A stretch of DNA of 62,895 bases, the filler included. It is 5 parts of 5 records of this genome, joined end to end, with 100 filler letters (N's around TTAATTAATTAA, not from the genome) between each part and the next. Parts side by side here need not be neighbours in the genome. Positions count along the whole stretch, not along the records: positions 1 to 17,092 come from SRR7504441_2026; positions 17,193 to 29,068 come from SRR7504441_2034; 3 more parts are not named here. The stretch is one strand, 5' to 3'. The notes under the pieces were generated by a model, which did not search any database, had not been told where the DNA came from, and saw only the letters and a list, made by a program, of their open reading frames with translations. How positions within the stretch are numbered: the stretch's first letter is position 1; each line of letters opens with the position of its first letter. A program made the position numbers and the translations under genes. Shown here piece after piece: positions 14,131 through 24,170 of this stretch.

Positions 14131-17092
14131 TCACAGAAGGCGAACTTGTGCAAAGATGAGATAATCCGTTGGCGTTTGGTCAAATTCTCTGGATGGAAAC
14201 AGTCGCCCACGGAACCGCCCCATGAACTCCGACTGGTTGTAGGTTAGCATTGGCCAGCGAGCGCCCATGTGCCGGTGTAAGACTACAACAGATGTACTAC
14301 ACGTCGCACTCGAGTTGGTAGTACATTGTGCCTCTGGCAGCTCAAATGAACCTGGTCCAGGGTGAAACCCATCATTATAAGGCAGCTCATTTTTGTACAG
14401 TTGCACATGATGCTCCGGGATCCGAATCCACATCGAAAACCCGTCAAGGCCCACCTCTGTCACCTCCCCGTGGATTGCGTTGGCCCCAACAAAATTGCTA
14501 TCCGTGATTTCGATTGTCATACATATGCCTTTGGTAGCAAGTCCACAGGATTGCTGCAAGTGCTTCCATGCACCTCCTGACGTCGAGATAAGAGTATCTC
14601 CGCCACTTGGCTGCGCCGAAAATTGGCGACTGCCGCTCAGGTCAACAGCTGCAAGCTTGTCACAGAGAGACAGGGTAACAAATAGCCAGCCTGCTGAGAT
14701 GCTGGGGAACTGTGGGTAGTCCAGACCTGATGCAATCTTGTCCAATGTGCCCGTTCTCCAGTCCCAGCGTGAAATTGCTCCGGAATCCGGTTGGTCATAC
14801 GCGTTGGCCTCATTCACTATGTACAAGTACCTGCCCATAAGTGCAAGCCCTCGGCATCTCCAAAAGCCCTCTGCGATGGATTCAATGATGCCATCGGCTG
14901 CACGCTTTACTTTCACCTTACCGGCTTGGACCGGTACGCCTGAAACTGTGCCCTGCCCTTGCGGATCTTGCACTGGGCCACCAAAACGACCATACTCTGA
15001 GTAGAACATGTCCCCATCTTGTGCAACGGCAATGCCTTGCGGAGTAGCGATGTCGGGGTCTATTGTCCGATCGACTTTGGTCACCCAACAACCAGCTATA
15101 CTCGAGTTTGCTTCCCGACACACCGCAGGGTCGAACATGTAGATGCTGTTGGCTCCTTCATCGACAACATAAAGCCTTCCAGCGGAGTCGACATTCATCT
15201 GCTTTGGTGAAGTGAGCCCTCTGATCACCACTGCCTCATGTCCATCGGCTCCTAGCCGCCGAACGATCGCCTGCTGTGGGCCACCATCGTAGCTCAAATA
15301 AATCGTCCCGTCAGGACCAATAGCTGTCGCAAAGCTGCCACCCAATCCATAAAACTCCGACTTAGGATTTATCTCGCGGGCAAGGCTCAGTGGTCCGTCT
15401 TCAATACGCCATTGCTTGAGATTGTTTTCACCATACTGCGCTGCAAGGACATATTCAGAGCTTGCTGCCGTCCCAAAGCTGTAATGACTGTCTCCCCACA
15501 AGAAATGCCCTGGGGTTGCATTGGCTGGTAGCCCATCGTCAGCAGAAGCATATGAGCGGGCGTTGGTTGCGACGGAAGGCGGCAGTGTTGCATGGAGGCG
15601 CGGATCTATTGCAGTTGGCGGGGATGTCAACGATGCAGGCCAAGGCGGCTTGAACCTGGGCTGTGGAGGGTCGTCTGTCATGGAGTGTTCTATGGAATTT
15701 GTCGACTGAGAGGGTCGTGGCACTTTCTCTGCTTTGCCATGGGGTTTGTCACCCGAATTGGAGAACAGTGGGTATGACGTAAAGTGCTGTGTCTCTATGC
15801 TGAGGTACGGGATGAATGTGATTTTAACTGGTCCCTTGGGGCTAGCAGAGAAGTGACAAGGCTTACCTTGGATGGGAACGAGCCAATCATTAGGCGTTGA
15901 AGGATCAACCCCGTTAATGACCAAGTTGAGATGCGTACTGTACGGGTTGCCACTATCATTGTGCCAGCTCCAACCCTCATCGCCCTCACCTGTGCCAGCG
16001 ACGGCAGCTAGCAGCAATGGGCCGTAGTGATAGCTGTACCGTGAAAAATCAGCCACCTGACTTGCTCCAGAGTACTTCAGGCTCTTCAACTTTCTGGGCA
16101 ATGCAAATGTCACTCTATCGTAAACACTCCACAGTCTGTTGATTGTGACATATGTCCCAGGCTTACCATGAGCTGCCACTCGGCCATTCACCTTGAGTTC
16201 CAGCGACGGCACAGCTATCCACGACGGTACACGAATATGCAGTCCAAGTTGCACTGATGCTGTGAGATTTGTCATTGCTAGCACCACACTATCGCCGAAA
16301 GGGAAGTCTGTTATCATTGCAACTTGGGCTGCAGAGCCATCGACAGTCCAAGATATGGTTGAAGAACCAAACATATTGACATAGAGATCGCCGCTGCCAT
16401 CCTCAGCCAACGAAAAGAGATACTCTGGCAGCTGAGCAAAGAGCCTCGTCCCTTGAGCCTCACAACAAGTGCCAATATTGTAGCCAGGCTGCTTGTATCC
16501 ATGAAGCCTTGCAAAGTATCGGATTCGCTCGGAGCCTGCCTGGGCTGCAATCCCGACGTTCAATATCGATCTTTCCATCTCGTACACAAAGGTCTCGTTC
16601 CGCGGCTCCAGGCGGTGCAACCTTTGGTTCAGCTTGATCCAAAAGCTTGACCCGCAGAGCTCGCCTGTGTTGAAATTGCACTCCTGCAACTGCTCACTAT
16701 CTGCTACAGGTGGCATCGTGGAGCCGGCACAGAGGTAGTAAGACGAGGGCGGATATCTGACTGTTGTGTTCCATGTGAGTGATCCAGGGTCTGAGGCATT
16801 GGTCAGATATGCAACGCCTTCATTTATTGAAACTGAGCCGCCGTCGTGGAGCCAGTGCTGTCGAAACATCGTCCAGGCACCCATGACCGCATCCAGATAA
16901 GTTGTGTTGCCAGTGAGCACATAGACATCCAGATAAGCCTCAACCGCGGTCAGCTCGTAGTTATGTGGGTACCAGTGCCTGCGCCACACTGCGTCTGTCT
17001 GCTGTTGGGCAAGCTGGGCAAGCCACCAGTCTTCTTGATATAAATCTACCACCACGGCCAAATCCCTCTGGGTTCCAGCCGGCGTCAGTGCC
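14131..17092 (-). CDS. GH127/GH146 beta-L-arabinofuranosidase-like hydrolase fused to a beta-propeller (NHL/SMP-30-like); 5'-truncated at contig end
   Basis: GELCGSSFWIKLNQRL, YEMERSILN, GTCCEAQGTRL (Zn-binding Cys), beta-sandwich LHIRVPSW...YGPLLLA. A Pro-rich linker leads to propeller blades (AIGPDGTIYLS, VDSAGRLYVVD, PQGIAVAQDGDMFYS). Intronless over about 2.9 kb. Confidence 0.75.
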
Positions 17093-17192
17093 NNNNNNNN
17101 NNNNNNNNNNNNNNNNNNNNNNNNNNNNNNNNNNNNTTAATTAATTAANNNNNNNNNNNNNNNNNNNNNNNNNNNNNNNNNNNNNNNNNNNN
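17093..17192. other. Artificial contig linker (N-run, TTAATTAATTAA, N-run)
   Basis: Six-frame stop spacer flanked by Ns, about 100 nt, repeated four times in the window. Confidence 0.97.
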
Positions 17193-17733
17193 CGGGCGGC
17201 CACGGGGAAGCCGTGGATATCCATCTCCTCGCCCGCTCCTCCCTCTCTACTTCTTCTTTCCCGTTCCTCTGCCCAGTGCCGCGCCTCCGCCTCGATCGCC
17301 ATCCGGTGTCCGTCAGGTCGCCAACCAGCTCCACTCGCTTAGCTGCCAGCTCCACCTCCAGCCTCAGCATCCCATCCGGTGGACCTACAATTGGTCCCCG
17401 GCGAACCAGTGTGCCCTCCTTCCACAACATGTCTGCTCCACTCTTCTCCTCCTAACCGACCGTGGTCGGTGCTGAGCCAGTCCAGTGAGTCCACGGCTCT
17501 CATCTGCCAAAGCACCACTGCACAGTGGGCAGCATCTGGAGCACTGTGGGGCCGGGGGCTGGAGCCAGGTGGCGGCACGCTGGAAGCCACGGCGCTGGAC
17601 GTGGCCACCCTCCGGCCAGCGCTGGAGACTGCTGACAATCGCTTGGTGAGTGGATGGCCGCGCTGGCCCGAGCGACCCAATCTGGTGCGGCTGGCGATGG
17701 TCGAATGTCCTGAGCCTGGTGCAGGTGCCTGGG

Positions 17734-19774
17734 ATGGAACCGGCCGACATGGAGCCGGCACACCCAGCAGCACTGATTCCAGAACCGCTGGTCCAGCCCG
17801 ACGACCAACTGGTCGGCGTAGCTGTTGCTGGAGCCGGTATCGTGGCCCCGCCTCTTACGACACCGCATGAGCCGGTGGCAATCCCGTCTCTGCCGGTTTC
17901 TATCCCAGCGCCGTTGATCCATCCTCCATTGGTCGCTCCCAGGCCGATGGCTGCTGGCGCTGACGCTGCGGTGCAGGGTATGCTGCCGCACCAGCAGCTG
18001 CAGGCTCACATGCAGCAGACGGCTGATCCGGTGCTGCTCGCTCAGCCTATCTCCATCACCAACCCTGTCGGCTCAATCACGGTCAAACTCGCCGCGCTGG
18101 TGCTGCCCAGACTGAGCTGTGTTCCAGCCTGCCGCGATGCCCTGTGTCGTTCCAGATTCGGATCCAGTCGAAGACGATAAGCATCTGAAAAAGTGCCCAG
18201 CTTGCTGCGCAATTCGTTGATCGCAATTCGATGGCAGGCCAGCGGGTGCATTCCATTTCTTTTCGATACAGAAGCGAGAAGAACTGAAGATCACGTACCC
18301 AGACTTGAATTATTCTCAGATCAGTTCGGTGCTACAACTTGCACGGGTGACACTGAGTGTGAGCTGCAGAAATTGGGTGAAATATGGCGAGGAATGACTC
18401 AAGAAGTTAAGGAACCATTCATTGTAACGCTGGCTAAGTGTCTGGCGTGACATTCGGGGCAGGAGCAGGGCTGGGCTGACCACGACCGATATAACGACGA
18501 GCGGATTGCTTTAGGGTGAAGCCCACGGGTCCTTGCAGTATTTAAGGTGTGGCGGGTCAGGTTAGAGCCCGTGGGGAAAACCCCAGGGCAGCGACAGCAG
18601 GAGAAAGAAGCAAAGCTGCAGAAGCAGAAGGCGAAGCAAGAACGCAGGGCAGAAAGAGATGCAAACCAAATCCAGAAAAAAAAGGACAAAGAAGCCAGGG
18701 CCATAAAGCGAGAGGAGGAGCGGGCACAGAAAGCCAAGCAGCAGCAGGATAACCAGCAGTTGCGAGAAGCAAAGCGTGCGGAGAAGGAGAGAATGAAAGC
18801 AGAAAGGGCCGCTGAAAGAGCAGCAGAGAAGCAGCGGCTAGCAGAGGAGCGCGAGAAGAAGAGACAAGCGGTAAAGCAGTGATCATGTATTCAGAGTTTA
18901 GAGCCTGGCTGAACCCTAACCCTGACCCTAAAGTCATCGTGTATTCAGAGTTTAAAGCCTGGCTGGGCAGGCCGAACTTAAGCAAGAGGAAAGGGAGGCC
19001 AAGCGTGCTAAGCAAGTGGCGGAGCAGCCTATCAAATCCAAGACGGAAGCCATCGCTGCAGAAGACGTGTTTGAGGTGGAACAGATAGTGGATAGGAGGA
19101 TGCAGGTATAAACTTTAGTTGGATGGCCAAAGTTGTGACGCTTGTATCACTTTTGACAGAAAATTAGAGGCAAAGATGTGCTGCACTACCTCGTGAAGTG
19201 GAGAAGCTATCCAGAATCGGAAAATAGTTGGGAGCCTCAGGCAAATCTTGTGGGTTCTGAGGCAATGATTGCTGCATATGAACGGGAGCTCAACGGTGTT
19301 GATGAGACAGACATCTGCCGCAAGTGGTATCAGGACTTGGAAAGGGGCGATGTTGGTGCATGCATGCATCGCTTGATTGAGGTTTGACATGCTATTCCCA
19401 ACGCTGGCTAAGTGGAGCTGTGCTGTCCAGGATGTGGAGTGGCAAGTGTTTGGCCCCTTCGGATCTGGGCTATATAAAGGACATGAGGGGGTCAAGGCCT
19501 TCTTCAGTAAACTAGATGCCATCACTGACTCTCGTGAATTGATTTGTGACGACTTAAGCTTTTTTCGCGATGTTACCCGGTTGACTGTACATGTGACTGG
19601 GAAGGAAACAGGGTAAAACCCTGCTACAATGCAATTCAGTAACTGGCTTCCAGGTTTTTAAAAGCGGAAGGCCAAAGGCCGTACATCAACAACTTTGACC
19701 ACACCTTCTGGTTCAATGATGACGGTCTTGTTATCAAATTTCGATGCAACTGGAATGCATCCAATCCTGAATAA
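17734..19774 (+). CDS. HMG-box + charged coiled coil + chromodomain + SnoaL/NTF2-like domain protein (start uncertain)
   Basis: Spliced HMG box KPAGAFHFFSIQKREELKITYPDLNYSQISSKLGEIWRGMTQEVKEPFIEQGWADHDRY. Chromodomain VFEVEQIVDRR...YLVKWRSYPESENSWEPQANL. SnoaL-like ICRKWYQDLERGDV...DVEWQVFGP...YKGHEGVKAFFSKL...HTFWFNDDGLVIKFR. TAA at 19772-19774. Confidence 0.72.
18886..18965. repeat. 26-nt direct repeat flanking telomere-like (CCCTAA) units inside an intron
   Basis: tgtattcagagtttagagcctggctg (18886-18911) and tgtattcagagtttaaagcctggctg (18940-18965), one mismatch, separated by aaccctaaccctgaccctaaagtcatcg. Confidence 0.85.
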
Positions 19775-20019
19775 TTAAGACAAGTCCAGGGGCACCACGC
19801 TTGGCACACTTGCAAATCGTCCAATGTTCACTGTTATGACTACCTGCTACTTGTACCAGTAACAATCAATCTAGACAACTAAGCATAAGTGACCAGTATC
19901 CATGGAAATGTCCATACTTGTAGAGCTAACACAACTTCGTAACAAGCCCACGCGTCAATCGAATACATTTTATATAAGTGCTAAGGTTATTCTGATTTTA
20001 TTTATAATTAATACAAGGT

Positions 20020-23000
20020 CTATTTCAGAAGCTTTGACTTACTTTCGTACAATTTGCTAATGCGTGCATGTGCAGCGGCAATTGCACTTTTCAACAATGT
20101 GTGCTCATTGCTAACTTGAACATGTGCCGCTTTGAGCTTTGAGAGCGCATGACCAACTTCTATTCGTGCTTCATTCTTACTCTCGTCAAGAAGCACTAGC
20201 GCATCTCTTAGAGCATGCCCTTTCTGTTTCTGCATGGAGGTTTTCAAATATATTTTGTTGAAATGGCATTCTTTGCATGAGGCCTCATCAACTTCAACTT
20301 TGGGGCTCGACATCGTCTTGGCTGCTGTGACATCTAGCTTAGCCCCAATGCTTCCAGCGTGGACGTTAAAGCTGCCCTGGCGCAGATGGACTGTTTTAGC
20401 GTGATATTTCTCCTGTCCCACATGGCTGTACCACAATTCTGCCTTATCCGCACTCTGTGTTGCTTTACCATAGCCTGAGCGTGCGGACAGCGATATGGGC
20501 CCTTCCCTCACAACCAGATCTTTTTTAGCAATGATGTCTCCGACCTTGGTCTCAAAATCTCCAGCACGCAGATAGAGCACATGCGGAGCTCCATCCTTAA
20601 GCGATCCAAGTTTGCCCCCAGCACGACCAAACCAGAGCTCAAGCTCTGCATCTCCATGGCTTTTACCAGCTATCTTTACCTTTCGAGCACCCACATTTTG
20701 TGCAGCCACAATTGAACCACTCTCCAACCTAAAGTCTCCCTTGTCAACGTACAAGGTATGAGCGTGCCTCTTCTGATTTCCAATTGGTGTATCCACGTAC
20801 CAAAGCTTCGCAAAGCCAGAGCCGAATCCTGGCCGTGCTAAAATTTTCACAGACTCCTGAGCCACGATATTTTTCGACACCACAGACCCTGACTCGACTT
20901 CAAAATTCCCCTTTTCAAGGTAAACTGAACTGCGTTCCTTTCCACGGGCAGCGGCAGCAGTGTAATACAATCTTGCCTGCCTTGTCCTGCCAACAGCAAG
21001 ATACCTGCCGGCCACAAAGTTTGCAGCATGAATATCTCCTGTTTCCGTCCTGAAATCACCAGATTCCAAGTATAAACTGTTTGCGTGGTGATGGCTTGTA
21101 GAGGCTGCAGAGTACCACAGTTTGGCGCTTCCTTCGTTTGCACCAATCTTCAAGTATCGCTTTGCAACTATGTCAGAAGCTGACTTGATAGAACCCTTCT
21201 CAGTCCCAAAGTTTCCAGATTGCTGGTATAGTGTCTTGTCCCGATATTGTGGGTCACCATTCGAGCTGCTGCTGTACCACAGGGTTGCTCTAGAATGACC
21301 AGCCCCAGGAGCACCATGGATGTGCATGTGCCGGCCAACTGTCAGATCTTTCTTTGCCGTGATGCTCCCTTTGCGGGCACTGAAGCTGACGCGATCTGCA
21401 TGTACTGTGTTTGCATTGCCATACTCAGATGCTTCTTTGGCATAAAAGAGAGTTGCATGTCCTTTGCCATAATACGGGAATGCACCAATCTGAAGTTTGG
21501 ATGTCACTAAATCCTTGGCTGCAGCAATTGATCCGGCTTGGGTACTGAAGTCGCCATTTTCCAAATAGACAGTCCGCGACGATACTTTACGCTTGCCAAT
21601 GTGACTGTACCAGAGTTTAGCTACTCCTACTCCAAAGCCTTTCATGGCAGCAATCTCCACATACTCTGAAGCACGAATAGTTTGACCTTCAATGGAACCA
21701 TCACTCACACTCAGATCACCGCGTTTAAGGAAGAGCGTACTCTGTAGCAACCCCATCTCCTGATCAGGCCCTGGCTCACCAGATTCCGAGTACCACAATG
21801 AGGCGAAATCACTCGTATCTTTGGCACCTATTCGCAATTCACGCCCTGCTCGCACTGACTGCGTCGTAGACATGCTTGTCGCCACCGTCGAAAAATCTCC
21901 ATTTTTCAAGTACAATGTGTCGCTGGCAAATTTTTCTTGGCCATTTTGCACGTAAAACAGGTGGCCTCCTGAAGCATGCGGGCGTAAAGGATCTTTGACA
22001 ACAAGCATGTGCTCAGCGTACAGGTCTTCGGAGGCATATATGGATCCCCCTTCAGTCCGGAAGTCTGTGGGACCCTCCAGGTACAGTGACTTTGGAGAGA
22101 GGCCTTTCCCGCCTGTGTCGGAGTAGAAAAATCGTCCGACTCCGTCTCCATAACCTCTGCGTGAGTGTACTGAGAGTTGTATTCCTGGATAGTACTTATT
22201 TGTTTTGGGCTTGTCTTGGTGGCCATCAGTGCCTGGCAGGGGTAGAGCAACCACTCTGAAGTCCGTGATCTTCATAACAGTTCCAGCACTGACCCAGAAT
22301 CCGATGTACCCACCACTCAGACGCGGTGTGAAATTGTCCAGCCAAGTCTTTGGTCCAGCAATAAAGGTTGCCTTGCCATCGACAGCAATCAATATCTTCC
22401 AGTGTCGATTTGGATTTGGCCCCGGTGAGACCCCATAAGCTTTGTTGACGTCACTATTACCATATATTCTGTAACCGTGATCTGCTTTTCGGTCTGTCCA
22501 GTCGATGGTCGGTTGGTTGGTCCTGGTGGACTTTGCACTCGGAGCACCATAGAATATTCCTCCTGTCCGGCCAGGATCTCCCTCAGGAAAGCGAAGGAAA
22601 TTGATGTTGAACGAGATTTCAACTGGTGCCACTCGCGAAGTTATCATCGGCTCGCTGATGAGACAGGCAGCCTCCGCACCACCGGCCACCACGAGCTGAT
22701 CACCATCCACCACGCACTTCGGTGCAACGCCGCTCCTTCCCGCAATCAAAATCGGCAACGATTTGTTGTTGGGTTGTTCGCCTTCCACTGGCGGTTGGCC
22801 AGGCCGAACGACGTCCTGCGCGATGCCGCCCGCATGCTCCTCGGCGTAGAGCTGGTCCATCTTGTCGGCATGCTCGAGCTCGTCTGTAGTGTAGTTGCCG
22901 GACGGCACGCCCGACAGCGCCGAGCTGTTGCGCATCGAACTGGTTGATGCGTCCGGACTTGTCGACTGCATCACAGTGTCTCCAATGTCCTGATTGGAAT

Positions 23001-23333
23001 CCGAAATCTCTGGCAGCGCCTGTCGGGCAGACAATCGTCAATCGGCGTCATCTGGCGTCAGCGGCCGGACCGTCGATGAGGAGCGTTCGCTGTGGCCCCT
23101 AACGCTACGTCTCGGATGGCCATCGAACAGCTTCACGCTCGGCTGGAGCAGGTGCCGCGGCACAGCCTGCGCCCCGTCCAGGTTCTCGACCGATTGGGCT
23201 GGCCCGTCCTGCCGCAAAACTGCGGTCAGCAACGCGCCGCTCGCGCAGGCAGGGGGCTCTCACGCACCCCCGGCACCTCCGCTGAGCCGAGCACAAGCGC
23301 CAGAGCCAGCGCACACAGGAGGCTGGCCCTCAT
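20020..23333 (-). CDS. Large secreted repeat protein (about 1070 aa) with 11 tandem ~53-aa beta-rich repeats and a C-terminal coiled coil
   Basis: Two upstream exons give signal peptide MRASLLCALALALVLGSAE (ATG 23333). Repeat consensus LWYS-x9-14-(T/S)LYLxxGDFxTxxGSIxAxxD. Terminal helix HALSKLKAAHVQVSNEHTLLKSAIAAAHARISKL. Confidence 0.8.
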
Positions 23334-23442
23334 CTGGGATCCCCTTCAGAGAGATTGTCTCGTGTCCGTTGTCGATTGGGCTCGATTCCAAGGCTCCCGG
23401 ACTGCTCGGAGCTGTGCGGTGGCCGTGTGGGAAGGCGATCTC

Positions 23443-23988
23443 ATGGCGGCCCAGGAGGGGATGGCGCACGGGGGGATGGGCGACATTGACGACCTGGAGG
23501 CCAGGATCGCCTATTTAGAGGCCCGAGTCGGCACCAACCGGGGCGAAAGCGCCAAGGATCTGCCCGGACGGAGCAGGGCGCTGGCCGCCAAGCTGGAGAG
23601 CGTGCTGAGCGACAACCAGCTGAGCGAGTTCGTACAGCAGTATGAGCAGCTGGCCGGGCTCCTGATGGCCGGCGACGTGGACGAGTTCCTGCTCTCGGTC
23701 GAAGCCAAGAGGACGGTGCTGCTCTCGTGCGAGAGCATGGTGCGCCAAGTCGCTGGGTTACTGGAGGAGGTGAAACAGCTCGAAGGGTACGCATCGGTCG
23801 GCGCTGATGTCGACGCCATTGGCGCGCAGCTGAAACCATTGAAGGTCCTGAACTTGGACAATCAGCGTGCGACCCAGGAGTTCAGCGCGAGGTTTGAACT
23901 GCTGTTGAGGAGCTACAACGAGTTTGTCTCCCTCACCTCCCACAAGTTCCTCCATTGGGATCAGATCGTGAGCAATCTGGAGCACTAG
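23443..23988 (+). CDS. DCTN3: Dynactin subunit 3 (p22/p24); start at 23443, 23461 or 23476
   Basis: DDLEARIAYLEARVG at the N-terminus and LLRSYNEFVSLTSHKFLHWDQIVSNLE at the C-terminus match the DCTN3 pattern (LLxxYNxxxxxLSxxFxxWD); about 175 aa, helical. Confidence 0.75.
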   Translation: MAAQEGMAHGGMGDIDDLEARIAYLEARVGTNRGESAKDLPGRSRALAAKLESVLSDNQLSEFVQQYEQLAGLLMAGDVDEFLLSVEAKRTVLLSCESMVRQVAGLLEEVKQLEGYASVGADVDAIGAQLKPLKVLNLDNQRATQEFSARFELLLRSYNEFVSLTSHKFLHWDQIVSNLEH

Positions 23989-24170
23989 GCGCTTCATGCT
24001 ATCGCCGATGAGCTCTAAATCATAAAAATTGGTACGTACGAATCGGCGTCGGAATCGTGATCGGATTGATCGGCTTGTGTATTACAGCCTGGCCGGTTAC
24101 TGAAGCATATCGTGGCTCTAATAGACGGCGTATTTCGTGTCACTCAACGTGCGTTTCACTTGGTGTCATC

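Noticed and set aside
18590-18870. Purine-rich low-complexity tract as a satellite or repeat array
   Set aside because: Encodes the Lys/Glu/Arg coiled coil of the HMG-chromodomain protein.
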